The position numbers and the translations under genes are program-made. Shown piece by piece: positions 49,177 through 61,027 of a stretch of 64,000 bases of DNA. The notes under the pieces are model-generated. The model was given only the letters and a program-made list of their open reading frames with translations, did not search any database and was not told the DNA's origin. Every line of letters begins with the position of its first letter. Within the stretch, counting starts at the first letter, position 1. The stretch lies in contig JBLDXI010000033.1 of assembly GCA_047495785.1 (NCBI GenBank), positions 1,736,001 through 1,800,000 on the forward strand. Direction: 5' to 3'. This DNA is from Lepidodermella squamata. Lineage: Eukaryota; Animalia; Gastrotricha.

Positions 49177-50037
49177 ATCATTTTTCATATCGCTATCTCC
49201 TCACGCGTTGTAACCTCAAATGAAGCCAGTCTATATACCAGATAAAGCTAAATAAAAAATTTCTGAAATTATCGCCGTGAAATCTAGCATTAGCCACCAT
49301 CACCGATTCCCAACCAATCGATTTTTTATAAATACAATTTAATCTTTCGATTTTTTAATGTTTCTTCCGGCGTTTTAGACGAGCTGAAAGCGATGAAAAT
49401 GTTCTCGCCAACGATTTGCCCATTCAACGTTGAATCACTGTGTATTGTAGCTGGTTGGTTTTGGCCATGTGCTCGGCACATCTCTGAACTTGGGCAGCCA
49501 TGTCCGCGCTCCTCTGCAGAGGTTCCGCGCCATGAATAGCTCGAACCCGGTTGTGCTCGGAAAACAACACCTCACGAATAGTGGAATGTGTTTATTGACC
49601 GAGAATCGAAAATACACAGCGCCGCAACCCGTAGGTTAAACCGGCGGGACAGTACAGTGAGTTATCTAGTGTTATCTAGTAGTTTTCAAATTGATAGTCA
49701 TGGTAAAAGAATGATGGTGAAAATAACGGCAAAAAATGAAAACAACATGATGTTAATTGTTTCCCTTGTTTCGACTTCGGTCATAAGCGTCTGATTCAGT
49801 TCTGAACTCATGCCTTGGTCAAGCGATTTTTTTGAAGTTCACCGGCTATTTTCGTTGCGCTTTGCACCCGGAAACTTGAGGTTGTGGCAATACATTATAG
49901 CCTTGTGCCTAGTGCTTGCCAACCCTAATCGAAAGAAAAAAATATATTTTGAGCGTTAGGTATAACCAAACTTTATTTTCTGAATTTTCTCAACATTATA
50001 ATATTCATCATAAATATTAATAGATCACAGACGGAAA

Positions 50038-51495
50038 TCAATTCAGTTGGAGCATAATTTTTTCGTTGGAAAATCCACGCGATGCAATTGTTATGGCATC
50101 CTGCCACTGGTTCAGCGGAAATTTCCGAAATTTCGGCGTTTTCAGCTTGCCGCTAATATAAAGAGCACTGACATCCAGCATCACCCTACCGAATTCTTGA
50201 GGAGAGTGGTCCTTCATCCACCTGAAAAAAATTAATTGGTACCTTAACCAGTTTCGTTATACTCAGATCTTTTACTGAGTTAGCCAGAAGCCGACTACTT
50301 TGATTCCTCGGAAAAGCATGCGGAATTGAGCTGGTTTCCCGCTGAGAACGCCGTAAACAGCCATAGTTCCATTTTTTGCCAACGAATTAGCCATGTCAAG
50401 AGAAGCTGGACCTCCAATAGCGTCGAACCCTAATTTCGGAACTTCGATGTCTAGGTTCAAATTGTTGATACCCTTCTTCAACTGTTCGTCAGTTATAACA
50501 GCGTCAGCGCCGAGATTTTTTAACATAACAATAGTTTCCTGCAAATTATAGTGCGTTCACAAACTACTTCGGAGAGGCGTCCGAAGTTTTCGGCCACCGA
50601 AGTTTCGTAACAGGCCTCCGAAGTTGCGTAATCGCTGCCCGAAGTTTAGATTTTCGTTCACAAACGCGCGCACTTCGGCCAGCGCGGCCGAAGTTTTAAC
50701 AATAGGCGGTGCGCGCGCACCGAACAAAGGACGCGCACAAACTTCGGTTCGGAGAGCCCCAAAACTGCTCTCCGAAGTGCCTCCGAACCGAAGTTTGAGC
50801 GCGTCCGAAGTTATTACGCACGCACGCAAACACGCGCGCGCGCACACAGCCACTTGACCACACTGTACCAGGCGCCTCAAATTTGTCTTTCCGGTGATAT
50901 TTGACAATGCGATCCGTTTCATTAGCCATTAAAAAATTACATAGCAATAGTGATAAGCATTTAGATACTGAGAAATTAATATTGCAAAAATGTCCGGTTT
51001 CTATGGCGAATTTTTAAATCTAGAAATAGCGCGGCTCGTATGGAAAAAGTGGCTTTGATGAGAATGCGCGAGAATATTTTAGCAAATATTTTTTTATAGC
51101 GAATCTGGTGAACTGAGCGCTGAAATTTAGCTTCTTTTTATCCTCATCAGAAGGCGCGTCTCATTATGCAAACAATTCGGAGAATTAAGGTAAAATGGAA
51201 AAAAATTGCATTGACCCTGAGTAAGAGCCATACCCGCGCGTGGTGTGTGAGCGAGCGGCCAAACTTCGGCCGCGAACAATAGAAACTTCGGTCGTCACGC
51301 TGCGCGCGCGCGTAGAAAATGCCACTGATAAGGCCGCCGAAGTTTTGCTATTTCTCTCCGAAGTTTCTACTTCGCTCTCCGAAGCGGTCGGTCTCCGAAG
51401 TAGTTTGTGAACGCACTATTAGGCCTGTCCCGAATGACGTTGATGGTCTTTATCCCGGCTGAATGGGCTAATTGAATCAAAACTTGACCGAACAT
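50038..51495 (-). pseudogene. 5'-truncated tandem duplicate of MECR interrupted by a MITE
   Basis: Paralogous peptides FGQVLIQLAHSAGIKTINVIRDRP / LQETIVMLKNLGADAVITDEQLKKG...GFWLTQ and last exon. The N-terminal half is absent and an 870-bp insertion sits in the coding exon. Confidence 0.85.
50549..51418. mobile_element. PIF/Harbinger-like MITE
   Basis: 27-bp perfect TIR TAGTGCGTTCACAAACTACTTCGGAGA; TTA target duplication (50546-50548, 51419-51421) confirmed by the empty site in intact MECR; many internal CCGAAGT repeats. Confidence 0.88.
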
Positions 51496-51589
51496 CTCAA
51501 TCATTTATTGTTCAAAATATATTTTTTCTTTATTCTGGCAGGCGAAAAATTATAACATAGCAAATCAAACGTCCAGGCGTGAATAGTTT

Positions 51590-53336
51590 TCAGTTCATTT
51601 GAAGAAGTACTTTTTCGTTGGTGAAACCTTGAGAGGCAGTTTTGACCGCATCTTGCCACTGAGCCAACGGAAATTTCCGATATTTCGGCGTTTTAAGTTT
51701 GCCCGCGATATAAAGCCCACCAACTTCCTGCATTATCTTGCCAAATTCCTGGGGACTGTGCTCAGCCATCCACCTGTAAAAATTAAAAGAAAATTGAAAT
51801 AAATTAGAATATCGAGTAATTTTTATATTTTTACTGAGTGAGCCAAAATCCGACAACTTTGATGCCCCGGAAAAGTAGAACACCCTGGGGCACTTGAACG
51901 GGCTTGCCACTTAGGACCCCGTAAACAGCCAAAGTACCGCCTTTTCCTAAAGCCGAGGCAATATCTGAAGCTGAAGACCCCCCAACAGCTTCAAGACCCA
52001 ACTTCGGAGCTGCGAGACCAAGATTCAAATTTTGAAGCCCTTTCTTGAGCTGCTCATCCGTAATAACCGCATCGGCGCCCAGACCCTTCAACATATCGAC
52101 GGTCTCTTGCAAATTAGACCGGTTGCGGATTACGTTGACGGTCTTGATACCAGCCGCATGGGCCAGCTGAATGACGACCTGACCGAACGTAGAATTGGCT
52201 CCGTTCTGGATTAAAACATCGCCAGAGTTCATCGGGACAATATGCTTCAGCATTCTGAAAATTTGGGAAAAATCAGAAATTGTAATTATCATGGTTAATC
52301 AGTTAAAACTTTAATGTTAACCCTTAGCCGCCGAAGACGTGTACACGCGTTAATTCCGGAAAAAATTCACCGTGGTCGGTGGATTTGGGCTATCGAACCC
52401 ATTGTTGCGTCATAAATTATGATAAATCAATAGCAAGAAACAAGCACTCCCCGAAAATCCAAATTTTTAAAGCCATTCCGACCAGGTCGAAAATAGTGCG
52501 AAATTTTTTAAATGACTTGTTAACACGTCATGAAAACGCGTTAACACGTCATAGCAACGGCAACCCAGGTAAATTTCTTCTGAAAAAGAGGTTCGGCTTT
52601 CAATCTGAGGCTAAATGTAAGACTTTCTGCCGACTCAGAATTTGATTTTAGCCTCTTCTTGATTTTCTGGGATTTTCTGAAAGGTGCTCGACTTAACACG
52701 TCATTGCGCCGGCGGCTAAGGGTTAATCAATATTTTTTATTTAAAAAATCATTTTCGAAAATGAGTTTTCGATTATTTTTAAAATAATTGCACTTACAGG
52801 TAAGCAGTGCATGGGTTAACAACCAATGTAGCAGCAGCTTCGGCCGGTAGTTCTTTCGGCATTTTCGCCAGAAATTTTTCCTCGATAACGCCCTGTTGTT
52901 TCCACATGCCCCAGGCGCCTTTCGTGATGAGGGCCCGATCGCCCGCTTTGAAGGCTCCACTGGAAGATTTATCGATCTCAACCACGCCCTCGAGGCCAGG
53001 AGTGGCGGGAATTTTCGCTTTGACCGGGTACAATCCTTGGACAGTTAGCAAGTCACTCGGGTTGATGGGCGAATATAAAACTTTGACGTGAGCCTCGCCG
53101 GATTGAAGCTTCTCAGGCACTGGTTCTTCGACTAAAGACAAAGCAGTCAAAGGATTGCCGAACTTGGTGTAAACCAGTTTATTGAATGTTGCTTTCCAGC
53201 GCTTAATTCAAAACGTGAAAAACAATTATTTCAAAAATAATACATTTGACCATTAACAAAGGTTTGGAGAATTTTCTATATTTTCCAGCAAATCATAAAA
53301 TCCAGCAAACCCCACTTTTCACTCGTTAACAGTCAT
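51590..53336 (-). CDS. MECR: Trans-2-enoyl-CoA/ACP reductase (MDR family), multi-exon
   Basis: FGNPLTAL, SPINPSDLLTVQGLYP, PGLEGV, AATLVVNPCTAY, GDVLIQNGANS, VVGFW. The start exon is inferred. Confidence 0.9.
52321..52722. mobile_element. piggyBac-like MITE in a MECR intron
   Basis: 13-bp TIR CCCTTAGCCGCCG with TTAA on both flanks. Confidence 0.85.
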
Positions 53337-53356
53337 TTCTAACAAATTTTAAATTA

Positions 53357-55209
53357 CGTGTTTGAAGTTGGCGAACCAATAATTCAAAATTCAAACCTTA
53401 GCGAACCATCGCAAAGCTGTATTATTTTATGGGCGGAATCTGCCCAGCCGATCGTCGAACCAAGTAGGGAGTCTATTACTACGTCCTGGTGTTGATGAAT
53501 GCTCCGGGCGAGACAATAAAATAGCCCAGCGGTGCGCAAACTTGTCCGACTACAGGCTATTTTTGCGGCCGGAAATGTCCTTAACCGGCCGCATTCTCGT
53601 AATATGTTCATTTGGAATCGGCCGCAGAAATTGTTTTCTTCGTTAAAATTTTTGCAAAATCAAGACTTTGATGAACAAATTCAAAATTGAAACATATTAC
53701 CAACTTTTTGTTGGATCGAAGCGGAGAATTCGTTGAGACACCAAAAAGCCGAAATGCTACACAATCTTCTTACTTTTTATCATTTATTTCCAATCATTTT
53801 ACCAGTTTTTGGGCCGGTGACAGATTACAGATTTTCAACTAGAGTAAAATTTTATACCATAAAATAGACCCGTCTCATCCTATAGTTATATAGGCCCAAG
53901 GTCATGAAATGGGGTCTTTGCCGCACTTTCAGCGGCTTTCAGTCAAAACCCGTGTGATGCTTTTTCTGATTTTCTGGAACCAAAAATGAGCCAAGTCTCC
54001 GCAATTTCTCAGTTTTATCGAAATGATCAGGTGACCACGAAATGGGGCCCTTGGCTCGATCGGTGGTTGTTATCTCAAGTTTCTAGAAGCACAGATCTAA
54101 GAAATCAAATGTCTGCCAGGAAAAGCCTCGACCGGCCGCACTTAATGCTACTGAGCTCCGAGCCAGCCGCCAATACAGCTTGGACCGGCCGGAAAAACAG
54201 AGTTTGCGCTCCACTGACATATCCCATCGGAGGAATGTTCTCAGCTGATTGCGGAATTCCTCAACTTCTGGTGGGCCTAGTTGCGCATGGTTCATCATAC
54301 GGCGCGGAAAACACGAACTTCTTCTATTGATTGCTGCTTCGCTCAGTTGAACGGCATCATGCCATTTTTGAAAAAGCCTATCGAACGCTATTTGAGTCAG
54401 TGATATCAATTTTTCAAAGAAACTTCAATCACGGTCCCGTTCTTCTTCACCGCTATTTTCTGCTATCTTCTGCTATCTTGGGAGTCCGAATTGAGGTCTT
54501 TTCGGCTTTTTTCGACGGTTTTTAAATGACCTATTAATCATTAAATTTAGCAAATTCAAACTTCGGAGTCTATTTAAACCTGGCCCCAGAATCCCATTCA
54601 GCCATAATAACAGGCTCCCTGGATGCTGAATTTACTATAGCGAAACTTTGTGACCCGGCGAATTCTAGAAAAAGGTGTCTTCTCGCGAGTTTTCTAGTAG
54701 AACCTGCTGTAACGCAACAGTAAAACTTGTTTATAGGCTAAAATATTGATAGTGGCATGACCGGGGTGACCGTAACGTCTCAAAAGTTAGGCTCGGTAAT
54801 TACAGGTAAGTTTTCGGGTGGCATGAAATTTACTACAAGCTCATTTAAACAGTAACTTTATGTGTGTTGGGATATTCTGAGTGGCATACCACCCACGCTC
54901 ACCAAAAGTGGTGACACCACGCATTGTTCCCATAACTCATCGATTTTTCAATATTTGTTCGAGATTTTTTCGCATAGCTTTATCAAGAGGCGATTGAGCA
55001 ATACCTAAAAGGGCATCGAAACATTCCGCGCTAAAAAAACGTGTGCGCCTGAAATTCCGCGTGGGTGGGATACTACCCAAGGGGACTGGTAAGGGTTAAA
55101 AGACGCGCCACGGTCGGCACAAAGTCAAAGCGAGTTGGCAATAATTTGAAAGAGGTTTGAAAGAGGTTTGCCAAGGTTTGAAATTATTGGTTCGCCAACT
55201 TCAGACACG
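53357..55209. mobile_element. Probable non-autonomous TIR element, possibly with nested insertions
   Basis: Imperfect IR CGTGT(T/C)TGAAGTTGGCGAACCAATAAT...TTCAAACCTT at both ends; an internal piggyBac-like end ...GGTAAGGG-TTAA near 55095; no clear TSD. Confidence 0.55.
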
Positions 55210-55479
55210 AAAACAAATTAAAATTCAATTCTGCTCTCTAGTTAAAATGTTATCCTGAATTATTGAATTTTCAACCAAAATGCAATATACCATCTGATGA
55301 TGAAATGAGGCTCTGGAGAGCAGCGATTCGCCCATAGAAACAGCCCTGATAGCCAGCATAATTTATTTTCAATTATAATCTACTTTTAAATGATAAAAAG
55401 GCATTGAAAACTCAACAGTTTCATTCGCAATTTTTATTTTTTAGTAAAAATCTCAATCAAAACAAAGCTCGATGTTCTA

Positions 55480-58400
55480 TCACAATTTCGGATTTTGAAT
55501 AACTTCCAGTTTGGCCCGCCAATATTTGCGCTGACTAGCAGCTCTGAATTCGACAATATTTGTATCTCGGCAACGAATTAGCGCATCCAGGCCGAGAAGC
55601 GAAACGAAACCGATCGCTCGCCCATAACCGGCTACGTGAGAGTAGCCGCCAGCAATCATGAATCCGATGATTTTACGCGAATTGAGCCGAAATGTGAAAG
55701 CAGCATCATTGCAATTGGCAGGAATTACGCTATCATTCAAATCGTGAATCGGTTCCATATCCGGGTCGTCGCTTTCGTTTTGCTTCGTCGCATCGTCCGC
55801 ATTTTCGGGGCGGGGTAAACAGATTAGCCCGAAAGGTTGAGGCGTACCGCCATCCTTCGCCAGAATTTGCACGGGAATCAAGGCTCTCGGGTGTTTTGCG
55901 ATCAAATCTTGACTTATATGCAATTTTCTGAATTAAAATGAAATAAAATTAGTTAACACCGAAAATACTATATTTGACTCTCATTTAACTTCTTCAAAAT
56001 TCGTCTTCCTCATGGGTCATCTTTGATTCACTGAAAAAGTGCATGTCCAAGTGGTACCCACTCGCACCCAATCATGGCCGATGGCGCCGGGTATATAACA
56101 CTTTCGATTCAGAAGTCTTATGTGTTACTTTCAGAAATTTTCGCGATGTTTAACATCATTTCTGTCTACGCACCAGCCAATAACTGTACTGAATCTCTAG
56201 ATGCCTTTCTCCAAGTATTGCAAAAAGAATTTCCTCGTGTCAATTCGAAAATAGGCACCACCATTATAATGGGCGACTTATAACGGGCGCGTCATGAGTG
56301 AAAAAATCTAAATGAGCCAAATCCAGGCCCACCATCTAGACAGGAATTATTACTCGAACCGAATTATGAATTGATCGATTCCGATCTACAAGACTGCTTC
56401 AGATCATTCGAAATTAGCCATAGTTTTCCTCACACCATCAAGCGACCGGCATCTCTTACAATGCTCGATCACTTCTGGACCACAGAACAGGGAAACAACA
56501 TGTTACTTTCAGGGACAGTTAACGGACTTAGTGACCACCATGGTATATTCGTAGCAATTAGAGACGAAGGATCGGAAAAATTCGCAAATCGCACCACTGC
56601 TAAAAACAAATTTCGTAATCTGCCGAAGTCGATCAAAAGTGATTCGTCTAACTATGAAATCAGCAAAAACCTAGGAATTCCGGGCATCTTAGATAATGAA
56701 TTTTCGCAGGCCTATTGCGAACGGATCCAGAACGCAATCATTTCGGCTTTAGACAAACTTGCAGCGTTGTCGGTTAGAAAACCAAACCAAAATCGACGTC
56801 GGAAACATAAACCGTCATTTCATTCGCTCAGCAAACAGAGAACGGAACATAGACAAATTCGGAAGGCGAGACGTGCTAAGTGGCGAAACAGGCAGTTTGA
56901 ACTTCTACCGCAAAAAACCTGACGGTTTAAAATCATTCTCATGCAGGCATATCAAGGACAATGAACTAAATCAGGCATTTTCTTAGATCAAAAACATGAC
57001 TACAACCGGCTACGACGAAATTCCCGAATCAATTTTGAAATTACCGTCAGGTGCATTAAGGCCTCATCTGTTAATATTATTTAATTCGATCATTGACTCA
57101 GGTTCGATTCCTAAACAATGTAAACAACTAGTAGCAATAGTTAGCTCGCTACACAATGGTGCCTCAAAATCAGATGTAGGTAATTTTCGCCCATTTCGAT
57201 AATTTCACCGATCTCAAGAACATTCGAACGCTGCCTTTCCATCCAACACAAACACATCCAACGATATCCAATTTTTATCAGCTAGCCAATTCGGTTTTCG
57301 AAAATACCATTCAACCGACAGTTGCTTAGCAAAATTGACGAACGACTGGCGTGTGGCCCATGAATTACCGTATTTTATCGAATAGTATCCTGGGATATTA
57401 TTTTTATCCGAACTCGAAAAGTAGTGAAAAATTCGAGCTATTATTCGAGGGGGCTTTTATTCAAGGCAGCAGGTGGCAGGTTTGCACGTGGCACCTTTGG
57501 TTTCCGAAAAGAATTTAAAAAACGGAGGTCACCAGTCGATCGCCGTATCAATACTAGTTAGAATCCATCATGAAACAATTTTCGAAAAATGTCACTTGGC
57601 ACTTTTACTCGCGATACCAACTAGCTCGACCCTTCTAAAATAAATCTGCTGTCAAGTAATAATGTGAAACTGACCTACCGATTGCAATCATCAGCAATTT
57701 GGCGCAAAACCATAAATTCCCGTAGAACGTAGAAATCGCTTGCTTGACTCGACGGTATCTGAGGCATTTCCATCAGCCAAAATCGGATCAAATCCGCCCA
57801 TGGGCAGAAAAACGGACGCATGATGCCCAATTTCCGGTAATTGGTTCGTTTCGCTGGAGGGCGTTTCAAATAATTCTCCATTGAGCTTTTCTCGTTAGAT
57901 AACGCATCTTCTTCAGCAATTAGGTGACAATCAGGCCAGAAATTCAGATGAGTCGATCCGGCGAATGAACTCAATTCAGCGGGTAGATTATGCAACTCTC
58001 GTTGCGCACCAGTTCTAGCCCCGTGGTAGACAAAAGCGACCCAGAATGCAGTCGCCCATTGCGTTGGCATAATGAAATCGGTAAAATTAGCCGACTTGAC
58101 GATAATAACTGGTAATTGAACGCAATTATTCGCATACTCGGGCTGTTTCGGATTTTTTACTCTCGAACTGACCAGATGATCGGGAATTCGAGATTTATTT
58201 GCTTCCTCTCGAGCTTTTTCGTCGAAAAGCGACATCACCACCTTCTGGGTTTCAACAACTTTTTCCGCTGAATTTTCAGCAGAAGATGATAGCAAGGGTT
58301 TGATTTTGATAGGAATTCGAGGCCTAGGGTCGGAAATTATTTCCTCGTCGAAATAACCAGCCGGCCGTTGATCAACTTCCCCTTCATTTAGATCCAAAGC

Positions 58401-59602
58401 TCGAGAAATAATCGAAGAAGCTTTCGGTCCAAAAAATCTGAACATCGATAATTGCTGCGATAAATTTTTCACTTCAACTTTCTGATTTGCCGTCAATTCA
58501 GCCAACTTTTCCAACAGCCATTTTTCCAATAGAGGATGAACACCAGTTAGCCATAATTTTCCGTTATTCGATTTCAACTGGGATAATAATAGGGTACAGT
58601 GACCCACTGCGCCAGCAGGGTAAGTCTTGTGAGGGTCGTATAAAATCACGGAAAAGTGCCTCGACCCAGTCCAAAACGATTTTTGAGCAAAGGGACGGCC
58701 TTAATAAGACAAAAGTCATTTGAAATGGATTTTATCCAAACAATTTTACCTAAAGCAGGGGGGACGAACTTGCCGATAAGGTCGACTAGGGCATTCATTT
58801 TCCCAGAAAGCTCAATAACAGAGGTGAAGGAAACATCCTGGAAATAACATGAAATGATTGTCCACAAAACTGCGATGGGAAAAATATAGGTAGGTTTTTA
58901 GCTTTGCCAGGATTCGAACCTGGGGCCTCCAGCTTTTTAGAAGCCGGTGCTCTAACCAATCTGAGCTACAAAGCTTTGCGGTGATAGGGCGAATATAATC
59001 TCGAATTGAAAACGCAAACCATCATTATAGCCTCGGATTTCAACGCTCGAATCGACGATTTCAAGCCTTTATCACAGGCGAAACTCGGCAGTCGATAACC
59101 CCATTTTTCGATTACGTGGTATCGCTTCGCGTGCCAAATATGCGTGGGTAGCCAGCGAACTCGAGCTTGGCGTTTCAGATAAACCGCTCGAAGATTGACA
59201 GGCTTCCTGCGATATCTTCGACAAGGTTTTCGCTTCACTTTCCTGGTAACAAAAAAGCTGGTTGACTTTAAAGCATTCAAATGTCATCAAAAGCTCAAAT
59301 ATATCTGCTCGACTACAATGAATCTCGAATTGTAAAAGGATTTCAAATTCATAATTTGTAACTAACAGATTGGCTTCACTTTTTGCCCGAGCTGCGTTGA
59401 ACTTTTCGAGGACACTCCTAGGAACCCTCTTCGAGTTATGAGAAGCAGCTCGGCGTCGAAGATGGCGAGGCAATCGCTGAGCTGGACCCATATTCGACGC
59501 AATTCCTCCTGATTTCAACTCCCGTTCCAACGCTTCGATTGCGCTAGAATAGCGCGAAAACAACTTGCTAACCACAACTTCTCCTTTATTAGCGGAGGCC
59601 AT
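55480..59602 (-). CDS. POP1: RNase P/MRP protein subunit POP1, multi-exon
   Basis: QRLPRHLRRRAASHNSKRVP; WLPTHIWHAKRY; AFWVAFVYHGARTGAQRE; RPPAKRTNYRKLG...PFFCPW; IIGFMIAGGYSHVAGYGRAIGFV. Confidence 0.93.
55995..57360 (+). mobile_element. Degenerate non-LTR retrotransposon (APE endonuclease + RT fragments) in a POP1 intron, antisense to the host
   Basis: ISVYAP, IIMGDL, LDHFW, LSDH, GYDEIP, LFNSII.SG.IP, NFRPISI, QFGFRKYHST with stops and frameshifts. Confidence 0.85.
58899..58975 (-). tRNA. tRNA-like element with 9-nt anticodon loop (identity undetermined), inside a POP1 intron
   Basis: AGCTTTG/CAAAGCT acceptor, GCTC/GAGC D-stem, CCGGC/GCTGG stem with loop TTCTAAAAA, CCAGG-TTCGAAT-CCTGG T-arm. 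Confidence 0.8.
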
Positions 59603-59695
59603 TGTTAATATAACAACTCTAGTGAAGGTAATTTGAAAAAACGGATTTATTCGCAAAAAACATGATTTAAAAACGAGAGAAACGAGAGAAGTGAA

Positions 59696-60923
59696 TCATC
59701 GAGCAGCGATTTCACCTTGACCAGACTGAACAAGGGAAGGGAACGCATTTTGCTTACTGACAACCAACTTATTGTGCTGCCATGAAATGTAACCACGAAT
59801 TCGGCCGTCGCAAATCAAATTTGCGAGTAGACAATGAGCTTCGTCGTTATCAGCATCAGAAAGCCCGGCCAGCTTTAACGCTGCGGTAAACGCGTCAACA
59901 GGCAGTTGATGAGCGTTTAAAATCACGAAAACTCGTTTGAATAAATTTCGATAAACCAGCGTGTGAAGTTGCTCCAGAATCAGGTAAATACCACGTTCGT
60001 GGAATACCTTTTCGTGGTTATGCAAAACCTGGCGGAATCTGCCTAGATGGCCGGATCTAAGAGCTGCGGCCAACTCGCGAAATTCAGGCAGTGAGTATTT
60101 TGTCAACAGCGAATCACGGGGCATGTAACCCAATAGCAGCCGAACAGGGATCAAACAGCACAAAATTGCGCGTTTGTTCTTGCGAGACGCGCGATGGCAG
60201 CGTTCGAAAGCGAAAGATAACAGCTCATTGGCTTGAGCAAAATGGCCGTCGAACATTGCCTTCTTACCGGCAAAGTAATTGTAGGTAACCAATTGCGAGA
60301 TCGGGAAAGCGTCTTTGAAGGGCAGCGAATCGATGGCTCGCGTCAAAGCGTCGAGCATTTTAAGATTGCCGAGAAGTTGGTAGATTCGGAAAAGCTGATT
60401 GACAATGCTCATCAGACCCCATTTTTTCGTATCCTAAGAAACTATAATTAAGGAGAATTTTCCTATCATTCATCTTCGTTACCGAAATTGAAGATTTGTT
60501 ATCAGCTGTGCAATTGCGAAAACACGTGAGAAGAATATTGGACGCTTCCTCGGGTTTCCCTTCGCCAGCGTAAACCGCCAATCGTCGAAGATCAACACCC
60601 ACAATGTACAAAATCGGTAAAGTGGCGTTGCCCTGTTGAACTTTTAGCAAGTTCGTATAGGTACGCATCAAATCGGCTTCGGCTTCAAACGCTTCTTTAG
60701 GCTTTTTATCGCGTAAAAACTGAATGCAGCGAAGATGCAAAGCTACCAGGTCGCATGTGGGCTGTTTAATATGGCGCTGGCATTCAGATTCTGGGTCGCT
60801 CGGCACTTGGATAAATTTCACGTGCACATCACTCAGCGACAGTAATTTCGCTAAACGAGTGAAATTTCCAGTAGCGCCAGCGACATCAGCCTGGTGACAA
60901 TACTCCCTGAAATTCAGCGACAT
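59696..60923 (-). CDS. PCID2: PCI domain-containing protein 2 (TREX-2 subunit, Thp1-like), 2 exons
   Basis: DLRRLA...CFRNCTADN...DTKKWGLMSIVNQLFRIY; VTYNYFAGKKAMFD; RGYISWQHNKLVVSKQNAFP. Confidence 0.95.
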
Positions 60924-61027
60924 TTTCGTAATGATAAAATTCTATGGTGAAATCAAACAAAATTATTTTATTTCTTTTGAACAAAGCTATCACGCAAAAT
61001 ATTTTTCCTCGCAGCTTCAACAATTTA

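Noticed and set aside
49438-49619. RNase P/MRP RNA or SL RNA identity
   Set aside because: Too short for RNase P/MRP and lacking the conserved P4 motifs; no donor plus Sm-site arrangement seen.
50560-51400. Recurrent CCGAAGT/ACTTCGG units as a CRISPR-like array
   Set aside because: Short, irregularly spaced subterminal repeats inside a TIR-bounded MITE in a eukaryotic genome; no cas genes.
53986-54525. ORFs inside the IR-bounded element as a transposase
   Set aside because: No DDE or DNA-binding motifs recognisable.
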